Source of the DNA: Rhodospirillales bacterium
GTDB lineage: Bacteria > Pseudomonadota > Alphaproteobacteria > Bin95
Assembly (NCBI GenBank): GCA_038143065.1
Contig: JAYQLI010000016.1
Location: forward strand, 1 to 10,220
Length of the DNA stretch: 10,220 bases
Direction: 5' to 3'
A program made the position numbers and the translations under genes. Shown here in pieces: positions 1-8,755 of the stretch. Within the stretch, counting starts at the first letter, position 1, and every line of letters begins with the position of its first letter. A model generated the notes under the pieces. The model did no database searches. It was not told the origin of the DNA and saw nothing but the letters and a program-made list of their open reading frames with translations.

Positions 1-116
1 CGATGAAAATTACCAACACCTATATGTAGGATACCAGGCCTTAATGCAGAACGATCGTAGTTGGGCACGATCACAGACTGTGGCAATTCTTTCAGCGTTT
101 CTTTGCTGAGTTCCAT
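1..116 (-). CDS. mtlK: Mannitol 2-dehydrogenase family protein, N-terminal 38 codons (runs off the left edge)
   Basis: Not in the ORF track. Manual translation from ATG at 116 gives MELSKETLKELPQSVIVPNYDRSALRPGILHIGVGNFH(R), matching the long-chain mannitol dehydrogenase motif P-Y-D-R...G-I-x-H-x-G-x-G-N-F-H-R. GGAGA RBS at 126-130. Follows smoS as in known smo operons. Confidence 0.9.
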   Translation of the reverse strand, partial: MELSKETLKELPQSVIVPNYDRSALRPGILHIGVGNFH

Positions 117-145
117 CGGCTTAGTTCTCCGTACAAAATCGTCCA

Positions 146-921
146 TCAACTCATCCAATTTCCGCCATCAACGTTGTACGTTTGTGCAACGATATATTTT
201 GCCTCGTCGGATGCGAGAAAATGGCCATACCTGTCAAATCATCAGGATTTGCCATGCGCCCATAGGGGACTGCTTTACTAACTTCGGCTTTCTTTTGGCC
301 TGGCGCTTTGCCTTCGTATTGCGCAAAGTAGGTATCGACGTCATCCCAGTGCTCTCCGTCGACGACACCAGGGGCAATAGCATTCACATTGATACCATGC
401 TTGATCAGATTTAGTCCGGCAGATTGGGTCAAACTAATGACTGCGGCCTTCGAAGCGCAATAAACGGATACCAATGCTTCGCCACGACGCCCAGCTTGAC
501 TGGCCATATTTATGATCGTACCACCATGGCCTTGCTCGATCATTTGACGCGCAACCGCCTGCATGGTGAACAGTGTTCCCGCAACATTTATTTCAAACGT
601 GCGTTCGAAATCTACTCGGTCAATTTCGGTAATTGGTGCAGCCGTGAAAACAGCTGCGTTGTTGATCAGGATATCTATTCTACCAAATTGAGACACCACA
701 TTTGCGATAGCCTCATCAATGCTATTTTGACAGGTGACATCCATGTCTATGGCGATAGCTGAACCGCCAATTTCCTGCGCAGTAGTTTTTGCACGCTCGA
801 TGTTAACGTCGCAAATTGCGACTTTAGCGCCCTCTTGAACATAAGCTTTGGCAAATGCACGCCCGATTCCTCGGGCGGCACCCGTAATTAAAGCTACTTT
901 TCCAGAGAGCCGCCCTGTCAT
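146..921 (-). CDS. smoS: Sorbitol dehydrogenase / L-iditol 2-dehydrogenase (SDR family); one apparent 1-nt deletion near the 3' end
   Basis: SDR motifs [17 protein letters not shown], plus the SmoS-typical [10 protein letters not shown] and [11 protein letters not shown]. Adding one base to the A4 run at 218-221 changes the tail to [25 protein letters not shown], with TGA at 146-148. Start overlaps the smoK stop (ATGA). Confidence 0.93.
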
Positions 922-1919
922 ACGCGCAGCCCTTGTTCATCAAATTTATGAATTTTGTCCATTTGTGGGGTCAAATAAATTGTATCCCCATGCTTAACAG
1001 CAACATCGCCTGCAATACGAACAGTAACCAAATCTCCAAGCCCTGTGTCGTGAACGTGAACAAACGTATCTGATCCTAGATGCTCGGCCACTCCGACGGT
1101 GCCTTTCCAAGTACCATCTGACAAATCAATATCGATATGTTCTGGTCTTATGCCTGCAGTATGCGCGCCAAGTTTTTCAGCCTCAGACCCAGAAAAGATA
1201 TTCATCTTTGGAGACCCTATAAAACCTGCTACGAACACATTTCGAGGCGTGTGGTAAAGCTCTAGAGGCGTTCCAACTTGTTCAATCACGCCCGCTTGAA
1301 GAACAACAATCTTGTCAGCCATGGTCATCGCTTCGACCTGATCATGGGTAACATAAATCATAGTTGTTTTCATGTTTTCGTGCATTTCACTGATCTCAAG
1401 GCGCATGCCTACGCGCAATGCCGCATCAAGGTTCGACAACGGTTCGTCGAAAAGGAAAGCCGAAGGGTTGCGAACAATTGCGCGTCCAATGGCGACGCGC
1501 TGTCGCTGACCACCAGAAAGCGCTGCAGGTTTTCGATCTAGGTAATCTGACAAATTCAATGATTTAGCGGCAGCCTCAACCTTTTTATCGATTTCCGACT
1601 GGTCCATACCTTCCATCCGCAATGGAAACGCAATGTTTTTACGCACAGTCATATGTGGATACAAAGCGTATGACTGGAACACCATTGCAAGGCCACGCTT
1701 TGATGGAGGAACCTGAGTGACATCTTCTCCGTCGATTTCAATTTGTCCCGAGGTCAAATCCTCAAGTCCAGCAATCATCCGAAGCAGTGTAGATTTACCG
1801 CAGCCTGATGGTCCTACGAAGACTGCAAATTCACCGTCCTCAATAGTTAGATCCAAAGGAGGAATAACCTGCGTCTCACCAAAGCTTTTCGTGACATTGT
1901 TAAGTACGATGCGTCCCAT
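918..1919 (-). CDS. smoK: Polyol/sugar ABC transporter ATP-binding protein (MalK/CUT1 type)
   Basis: Intact 333-aa ORF: Walker [10 protein letters not shown]-loop [11 protein letters not shown], signature LSGGQRQR, Walker [13 protein letters not shown]-loop YVTHDQ, C-terminal GIRPEH/TOBE-like part. AAGGA RBS upstream. Confidence 0.96.
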   Translation of the reverse strand: MGRIVLNNVTKSFGETQVIPPLDLTIEDGEFAVFVGPSGCGKSTLLRMIAGLEDLTSGQIEIDGEDVTQVPPSKRGLAMVFQSYALYPHMTVRKNIAFPLRMEGMDQSEIDKKVEAAAKSLNLSDYLDRKPAALSGGQRQRVAIGRAIVRNPSAFLFDEPLSNLDAALRVGMRLEISEMHENMKTTMIYVTHDQVEAMTMADKIVVLQAGVIEQVGTPLELYHTPRNVFVAGFIGSPKMNIFSGSEAEKLGAHTAGIRPEHIDIDLSDGTWKGTVGVAEHLGSDTFVHVHDTGLGDLVTVRIAGDVAVKHGDTIYLTPQMDKIHKFDEQGLRV

Positions 1920-1928
1920 AATCTTTCC

Positions 1929-2747
1929 TTATTTCACGGCGCCAAAGGTCAAACCTTGGACGAGTTGTTTTTGGCAGAACCATCCCAACACAACGATGGG
2001 TCCTACTGGTATGGTAGACACGTGGCGGATAAGCGTCCAAAGAACAACCCTTCCTGGCGCTCTGTTACCTTCGATGAGCTTAGAAAGCGCTGCTGTGTAT
2101 CAATTGTTGTCAGACGTACGGTCCAGTAGGCTTCGTTCCAGCAGAAAATGAAAATGAGAAAGCAGTTGATGCGACACCGCCCCAAGCCAGATGGCATAAA
2201 AATCTCTTTGACTTCACCCAACGTGCTCACCCATCCATTTTGCCGGCTTCAATGATATCCTTTGGGATTTCTTTGAAATAGGTAAACAACATCCAAATGG
2301 CGATCGGAAGGTTAATTAAAAACAACCGTAATCACCAGAAACATGTGTTATAAACCAAATTTTTGGTCAAAATCATTGGGCAAGCACTGCCGTGGCAGGT
2401 AAGCATTTTGTGGATAGCATCCACATCAAAATGTCTTTCGTTGCACGGCTGGGGTTAAAACGCCATCGCATAAGCTAGCGGGAATACCGACAAATAGCGT
2501 GAAACAAGTGGCGAATACAGACGTGATGACGGAGTTTGTAGCAAACCGCCAATAATCATAATTTCAGTCAAGTTAAGATAATTTTCCAAAGTTGGCTGGA
2601 AAAAAACAGATATTTCACAGCGTCCGCATCGGTCTTAAAGCCAACCCAACACCATCCAAAAGATCGGAAAGAAAAAAGTGATGGCGACACCCCAGGCCAA
2701 CACTGGTATGAAAATCGTTGAATATTTTAGTTCGTTGAAACAGACAT
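1929..2747 (-). CDS. smoG: Polyol ABC transporter permease (MalG-like), broken by many indels
   Basis: Segments across frames: LAWGVAITFFFPIFWMVL, KDILMWMLSTKML, FLINLPIAIWMLFTYFKEIPKDIIEAGKMDG (EAA loop), FLIFIFCWNEAYW, C-terminus LGWFCQKQLVQGLTFGAVK* (TAA 1929-1931). ATG at 2747 with GAGGTG RBS. Confidence 0.88.
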
Positions 2748-2757
2748 GATTTTCACC

Positions 2758-3700
2758 TCAATCCATCAACGTTTGCCGAACGATCCGCAGAAGAAGATGG
2801 CAACAATATTTGCAAGATAACAGCCAGAATATACCTGTGGCACTGGCAGCGCCAATACAAGTATGGAGTGCAAATTCACCAATCAGATAAGGCAGGTTTT
2901 TATTACCATTGCCGCGGCTGACAATTTCTATCTCTGCATAAAAGAGAAATGGAAAATCGCTTGAATCATCACAACGATAGCAATCGGGCCGCGCCAAATG
3001 CGGCAAAGTGAGATTACAGAATTGAGACCACGCGCCTGCCCCATCAAATACAGCGGCTTTTTTTGCTGTTGGTCTTCTGATTGCAGCGAAGTCATGAAGA
3101 TCAAAACAGCAAATGGGGTCCATTGCCATGTCAACATTGATAATAACAGCGTAGGCTGACGTCTGAGTGCCGCTGAAACGAAATCGGCTCAATCACAGGC
3201 CAGAGCGCAAAGAAGAAGTTTTCACCCAAAACTGGAAGATTGGTCAGGGATGCCACCATATTGTTGATCCCGCCAATGGCAAACCATTCAGCCCCAAAGA
3301 CAGGATCCAAAATCATGTTAATCCACAAGACGGCATTAACGGCAGGCATAAATGAAAAACGGTGGAGATCAATAACACGCGAACGACCCACGACCTGGGG
3401 AATGTCGGTTGTTAATCAATACTGCGATGGCAAGACGCCAAAGATTACCGTAAAGACAATGACACTGCAACGATGATCAAGGTTTTGAATAGCAAACCAA
3501 AAATCTTTGGCTTTATAAAGAACGTATTCATAATTGCCCCAACCCCGCCAATTATCGATGCTTGTCCATTCAGGCTTTCTGAGGCGTTCAACACATAGCG
3601 GATAAAGGAAAAGAACAGCGTCATGTTGAGCAGCACAAGCATCCAAGCCAATCGAGCAAACTGCAGGGTTTGCAAGCACTTTAAATGTACGATTGCCCAT
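2758..3700 (-). CDS. smoF: Polyol ABC transporter permease (MalF-like), broken by many indels
   Basis: Fragments MGNRTFKVLANPAV, LAWMLV..MTLFFSFIRY, MPAVNAVLWINMILDPVFG, MLTWQWTPFAVLIFMTSLQS, AAVFDGAGAWSQFCNLTLPHLARP (EAA loop), NLPYLI, IGAASATGI. TGA at 2758-2760. Start is ATG 3700, or possibly 3712. Confidence 0.87.
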
Positions 3701-3786
3701 AATACTGGCCATCCTTGCATTCAATTGTTTCCGTTTGGCTGAAAATTCGATTATTTGTTTATTGAAAAGTTTATTTTTTAGTCTTT

Positions 3787-3817
3787 AGAAAGAGAAGACC
3801 CAGTTGCCTTGGCCTTC
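3787..3817 (-). terminator. Stem-loop after smoE (partial intrinsic terminator or mRNA-stabilising hairpin)
   Basis: Minus strand reads GAAGGCCAAG-GCAA-CTGGGTCTTC then TCTTTCT: 10-bp stem with one G-U and one mismatch, GNRA tetraloop, 12 nt downstream of the smoE stop. Confidence 0.75.
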
Positions 3818-3829
3818 CAATTTTATATG

Positions 3830-5100
3830 CTAATAGTAGCAACCAGCTTCTGACATGATGGCGTCACAGCAGCCTGTGAAGCAGCCAAAGCAGCATCAAC
3901 AGACTTTGCACCTGAAAGGGGCAGCGTATTTCCGGAGCAACAGCAGAACCTACTTTGGGAATTCTGGGACGAACTGGAACACCAACATATGGCTTCAGGT
4001 CAGTTGCTTCTTCCAGAGCAGCAGATCTGATCGCAGCCATTTCAGCAGCGGCGAAACCAGCAACAGCCTGGAATTCTGTGGTAAGCATAGGTTGATGCGA
4101 ACGTGTACCTGTTGGTACTGAACCCCAACCAAATTTGGGTGGTTAGCAAATGTTTCTGATGGTTCTCTTGCCGCCCATTCGATGAACTTTTGACTCAGCA
4201 GCGTTTGGTGAACCAGCAGGTACAGCCATCGCCCATGCCCACAGCCGTTTAAACTAACTGGGTTACCAGCGTTTATGACTGAGCATATGCAACACCGTCA
4301 ACTTTCAGGAATGAAGCAGCGATTGCTGCGTCAATCCACATGCCACATTTGCCTGTTGCCAGCAGGAGCAAGAATTTCGTTGAATGAGAGCGCTTTGAAA
4401 CCTGGAGGGCCATAGCTTCCCAGATCGACGTAGAAATTGATCGCAGCTTTCCATTCTTTTGAGTTGATGGTTGGACGCATATCTTTGTCGAACCAAGCAC
4501 CACCGAATGAGTTCACAACAGTTGCGATGAACGCCATGTTGTCACCCCCAACCTGGCTTACCACGCAGACATGCGCCATAAACGCCATTACCAGATCTGC
4601 GGGGACGCAGCAGCACTTTGATGTTGTCCCAAGAATCGTTGTCTTTAACTAAACGCCAGCAGCGTCTGTCAGATCTTTACGGTACATAACCATTGAAGAT
4701 TCACCATAGAATGGTGCAGCATAAAGTGTGCCGTTATGTGACAGGCCATTACGGATGGCTGGCAGCATATCATCAACGTCATAAGAAGCACCGAAGTTCA
4801 GTGGCTCAATCCAGCCAGCAGCGCCCCAGATTGGTGCTTCCTGCATACCGATGTTGATGATGTCGTACTGACCGCCGCCTGTGGCTGTGTCAGATGTTAC
4901 CTGCTCGCGAAGAACACCTTCTTCTAGAGCAACCCAGTTCAACTTAACACCAGTTTCAGCAGTATAAGCTTCTGCAACTTTTTGCATGTTAATGACAGGA
5001 CCGTTGTTCATTGACCCACCGTTGAGTAGTCTCGCGGCATATGCGCGCCACAGCCAATTGCCGCTGCACTTGCTGCAAACAAAGATTTCTTCAAAGACAT
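3830..5100 (-). CDS. smoE: Polyol ABC transporter periplasmic substrate-binding protein, broken by indels
   Basis: Signal-peptide-like start MSLKKSLFAASAAAI (ATG 5100); LNWVALEEGVLREQVTSDTATGGGQYDII, LYAAPFYGESSMVMYRKDL, GDNMAFIATVVNSFGGAWFD, GKCGMWIDA, LWAWAMAVPAGS, VPTGTR, KPYVGV; C-terminus DAIMSEAG..YY* (TAG 3830-3832). Confidence 0.9.
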
Positions 5101-5162
5101 CCTGGAACCTGATTGACGAATGCGCTAATTATGTTCATTGAGAAGAAACAGCCACCAATTTC

Positions 5163-5197
5163 TTTACGCGTGTAAATCCCGGAAGAAAGCGCGTAAA
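5163..5197. promoter_or_regulatory. Putative LacI-family operator plus second half-site upstream of smoE
   Basis: Near-perfect 14-bp palindrome TTTACGCGTGTAAA (5163-5176) and a degenerate copy AGAAAGCGCGTAAA (5184-5197), 21 bp apart. A central CG is characteristic of LacI-family operators. Confidence 0.7.
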
Positions 5198-5204
5198 ACA
5201 TTAG

Positions 5205-6223
5205 CTACGCTGAGAGTCAACAACCGGCCCTTCAAAGCTCCTCTGGAACGCCCAGAAGATTTCATTTGCGCCATCAATAATTTCTCAATGATCTCAGATA
5301 CGCCGCTCTCCTGATTGCATCATAATCCGGGTACAATTTTTCAGTGACGACAGGTATATCGCGAACGGTGATCGTTGCAGGTCAGCAACTTCAAATCAGA
5401 CCAAAGCAAAGGCCCAACTTGTCCACTTCCGTAGGCGGCAGATAACAACCCAATTGCCAATCGGTCATTCGAGCATAGAATCGTGGAGCTCTATATTTAG
5501 AGTCCTGAATAATCTTGCCTACCAGACGCGAAACCATTTCTTCGAAATTCCATCCGTCGCCCTTATTTGCAACAGCTCCGGCTCAAGTCCTAACTTTTCC
5601 ATTGCCGAGATATATGCCAGTTTCGCCTTTTGTAGGCATTGGGGTTAATCGGGTCCTTCATCTCAAAGAATTTTGGCGGCTGGCCTGTTCTTGCAAGGTA
5701 GTCGACCATCAAAACCAATTGATTGATGGTTGCAGAACCAAAGAAAGCCTCACCCACTCCCTCAACATTCGCATCGAATAAGACGGTGGGAACAAGCGAA
5801 GAGAAGTCTTTCAATTTTAACAATATTTCCCTTCCAAGAGGAGCCAACAGAACACCAGCCGGTTTGATGGATCGCAAGCTGTCTAGATTTGCAATCTCTT
5901 GCTCTGGCCCACCATGAGAACTCAAAAGCAATGGATTGTAATCAGAAAGCCACAATCAACTCTCAAGTTTTTCTTTTGCGATACCCTGCGAAAAAATGGA
6001 TCTGTTAAGTCGGCACAACCAATCCAATATTTTTTGTTTTACGCCTATTTTGGTTCATTGCGTAAAAGTTTGGACGATAGTCGTGTTTTTCGATTGCTTG
6101 CTCAATTTTTAATCGAGTTGATTTTTTGACGCTTTGCGCATCGTTGAAAAATTTTGAAAGTGTTGGTCTGGAAATACCGCTTAATGAGGCGAACTCTTCC
6201 ATAGTTTTGATTTTTCGACCCAT
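5205..6223 (-). CDS. LacI-family transcriptional regulator of the polyol operon, broken by indels
   Basis: N-terminal HTH TMEEFASLSGISRPTLSKFFND...STRLKIEQAIEKHDYRPNFYA, then KTKNIGLVVP; sugar-binding-domain fragments LTDPFF, LLSSHGGPEQEIANLDSLRSIKPAGVLLAPLGR, TILCSNDRLAIGLLSAAY, DHPFA. Total about 340 codons. The 3' end (TAG 5205-5207) is approximate. Confidence 0.9.
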
Positions 6224-6279
6224 AAGCTATCACTCTTCTAGCTTTTTAGAAATACTTCTCCAGACACCTTTGTTAAAAT

Positions 6280-6306
6280 ATTGATTAACTCGCGTAAAAA
6301 ATCAAT
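6280..6306. promoter_or_regulatory. Putative autoregulatory operator and promoter of the LacI gene
   Basis: TTAACTCGCGTAAA (6285-6298) matches the reverse complement of the smoE operator (TTTACACGCGTAAA) at 12 of 14 positions. It sits inside ATTGATT-N13-AATCAAT and next to a minus-strand TTGATT -35-like hexamer at 6305-6300. Confidence 0.6.
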
Positions 6307-6789
6307 GTCTTAATTTTGTGCCCCCTAACTCTTCCAATCATCCCGCTAACTTCCGCCACCTGATCCACGTCCTGAAGTTGCTGCAAAACTCTTACGTTAC
6401 ATAAAGAATGGGGTTTATCGGATTTGCATCAATTTTCAGCGCGAGCGTATAGCAATCAAGAAACAGTGTTCTCTTTGTTCCGTTTCACATCCCACTTTCC
6501 AAATGAGCAAGCGTGTCATAGATAAAAATCACCCAACACGTGGTACCCGCGGGCCATAACACATGTAATCTCACCATTGTTTTTGCGATGTTTTTCAATC
6601 TAAAATCCAGTACTAATGAGTGCCTTTTCGACACTTTGTGAGTCTTTTATATAGGAATGTCACCTCAATATTATTAGAACTAAAAAAATGGGAATGTTTG
6701 AAGAAGAATGAATCCGAAATTGTCACATGATTATTAAAGGTTAAATCACAAGCGTATTTGGCGTTTTTGCATCAGTGAGTGGAAAAATA

Positions 6790-7713
6790 ATGTCGAGAAT
6801 AATACAGTCATCATTTCTTGCGCTATTATCATGGCACATAGCTGTCCAGTCGCCACATTTGCCTATTACGCCCGAAGAGATAATTATGGATAGTCTCGCT
6901 GCGACCGAAGCTGGCAGCTATTCTACATCTCCATGCTCGTAACCCAGAAGATGGTCGTCCAGATCAAACACCAGAAGGATTTTCCCCATTTCTTGCTCGG
7001 ATTAAGCAAAGTTCTAACGCAGTAATAAATATTACCACGGAGGGAGCCCGTATATGACTGTCGCAGAGGCAATTGCTCCCAACAGCATATCATAAGCGAA
7101 CTCGCCTCTCTGAATATGGGATCTATGAACTTTGGCCTCTATACGATGCTGGACAGATACAAAACCTTCAAATTCGATTGGGAGCGCGAACACTTTGGAA
7201 GGTCCAGGATCTTGTGTTTCGTAATTCCTTCAAGGATATCGAGTATGTGCTGCAACTTGCTATGGAGACGGTACCAGGTTTGAGTTCGAGTGTTATGATA
7301 TCTCGCACTTGTATAACCTGGCTCACTTTGCTGATCGTGGTTTGGTAAAGCTCCTTTCTTCGTGCAATCGGTTTTGGACTTCTGGGCGGGATTGGCGCCC
7401 ACCATGAAGATGTTATGCACATGAAGAGAACCGCCGACCGGGATTATTCGGGAATGATTTTCGCTGGTCTGTTTGGGCGCTGGTGCCAATCAATTCCGAG
7501 TTGCTGCACAAGCCGCTACATTAGGGGGGAAAATGTACGAGTGGGCCTTGAGGATAGTCTTTGGGCTGGACGTGGTGAACTTGCCACCTCAAACGCTGTT
7601 CAGGTTCGCAAAAGTCAGAAACACAATCGAAAATCTTGGATTAGAAATCGCAACCCCCAAAGAAGCGCGTGAAATGCTGCAACTTAAAGGGGGGCGATCA
7701 AGTCGCTTTTTAA
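6790..7713 (+). CDS. Beta-keto acid cleavage enzyme (BKACE, DUF849, 3-keto-5-aminohexanoate cleavage enzyme family), broken by indels
   Basis: Segments across frames: TVIISCAI, SPHLPITPEEI, ILHLHARNPEDGRPDQTPEGF (HxH metal ligands), VINITT, ELASLNMGSMNFGLY, RFEFECYDISHLYNLAHFADRGLVK, LLGGIGAHHEDVMHMKRTADR, NVRVGLEDSLW (catalytic R, E, D), EIATPKEAREMLQLKGGDQVAF*. ATG 6790, TAA 7711-7713. Confidence 0.92.
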
Positions 7714-7748
7714 TTTTTACAAACACTCATTTTAAAGGGTTGTAGCAA

Positions 7749-7797
7749 TACAAAAATCGCAGTTGTTTCAAAAAGTGAAACGGTAACTGAGATTGTA
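7749..7797. repeat. Imperfect inverted repeat downstream of the BKACE gene (possible terminator or boundary hairpin)
   Basis: TACAAAAATCGCAGTTGTTTCA (7749-7770), loop AAAAG, TGAAACGGTAACTGAGATTGTA (7776-7797). Pairs with bulges; no clear U-tract follows. Confidence 0.5.
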
Positions 7798-7814
7798 GTC
7801 TTAGCATATCGTTT

Positions 7815-8175
7815 TTGATTGTATTCATTACCTCAGCGGCAAAAGTGCTTTGCTTTGCACTGATTACCGCTGAAGCCTTTTCTTCCAGCTCTTCACCACA
7901 AACCAGTCCCAGAGCAAATCAAAATGCTCGAATTGGAATTTAATGAAGCTGTAAGCGCTCGATACACGCTGAGCTGTTTCATTGCAGCTCTCTTCTATGT
8001 GTTGGCGAATGATCAAGGTAGCACACTTCAGCAACGAATATCGAATGCTAAAGTGGAGCTGACGAGCAAATACAAGGTTTTGTTTCAAAGTTTGGAAACC
8101 TAGGTTGACGCTGATAACGATATTGAAACGAATGGGTTCGCACAGGATCATGACTAAACGACGCATTGTCAGCAT
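7815..8175. CDS. Small hypothetical protein, strand unresolved
   Basis: Minus strand has a 103-aa ORF (7864-8175) with no recognisable motif. The plus strand is open in the antisense register (PEQIKMLELEFNEAVSARYTLSCFIAALFYVLANDQGSTLQQRISNAKVELTSKYKVLFQSLET*, TAG 8101-8103). One indel near 7908 would join it to a hydrophobic signal-like leader from TTG 7815. Confidence 0.3.
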
Positions 8176-8233
8176 GATCCCTGTACTATTCCAGCACTTT
8201 TTCAGTGCGCCAACACAAGAAGAAGCAAAGCTG

Positions 8234-8269
8234 GTGTAATTTTTTATTTACACAATTGAAAAAATACAC
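8234..8269. repeat. Palindrome GTGTAA-N8-TTACAC with an alternative longer pairing arm
   Basis: GTGTAA 8234-8239 and TTACAC 8248-8253. The left arm GTGTAATTTTTT can also pair with AAAAAATACAC at 8259-8269. Confidence 0.6.
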
Positions 8270-8354
8270 TGCAAGCAGTTGAAAGTGACAAAAATAATCG
8301 AACTACACTATTACATCCCAAAAATTGCACATCAACGTGAGATTAATGCTGGTT

Positions 8355-8755
8355 TTACGGTTCGAAAATGGTGCTACGAATCGACAACAAAACATCTTCA
8401 ACGCCGGTAACACTGCACAACAAATCTGTAACGTAATCGTACTTTGCCCCATTGTTGGTCTGCTCGTAATGAGAGACTGACTTACAGAGTATTGTAATAC
8501 AAAGCTGTTGCTGACTGTTTCCTCGATATGGATGCCAAGTTTGGGCGCCCAACTATCTGGATGTACAACGACTTTGCGCCCACTTTTCTGTAACATATTG
8601 ACGACCTCTTCAAGCTGTACTACTGACTTCCCAGACTGAACAATTTCCAAACTCAGTTCTTGAGGTAAGTTAACCAAACATAGTTCTTCACTGATGGCGG
8701 CTTGACTAAACATCAACGAGCAGCACAGAAGTATTAGCACGATGGTTCGTTTCAC
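8355..8755 (-). CDS. Hypothetical secreted/periplasmic protein (about 133 aa if one indel near 8470 is corrected; otherwise ends at 8303)
   Basis: GTG at 8755 gives (M)KRTIVLILLCCSLMFSQAAISEE, a typical Sec signal peptide. The track ORF tail after SQSL is Cys-rich and odd, while the overlapping frame gives YEQTNNGAKYDYVTDLLCSVTGVEDVLLSIRSTIFEP* ending at 8355. Confidence 0.65.

Noticed and set aside
61-2151. Plus-strand ORFs 61-414, 424-762, 1278-1541 and 1717-2151
   Set aside because: Antisense shadows of smoS, smoK and smoG with no recognisable motifs.
2003-6129. Many short track ORFs read as separate small genes
   Set aside because: Minus-strand ones are frame fragments of smoG, smoF, smoE and the LacI gene; plus-strand ones are antisense to them.
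6281-6305. FNR box (TTGAT...ATCAA)
   Set aside because: The spacer is 15 nt rather than 4 and contains the LacI-like operator.
6639-6750. Weak dyad GTGA...TCAC and TTGTCA -35-like hexamer upstream of the BKACE gene
   Set aside because: The dyad has several mismatches, and no convincing -10 lies at normal spacing in this AT-rich DNA.
7139-7489. Minus-strand ORFs 7139-7489 and 7168-7422
   Set aside because: Antisense to the well-supported BKACE gene.
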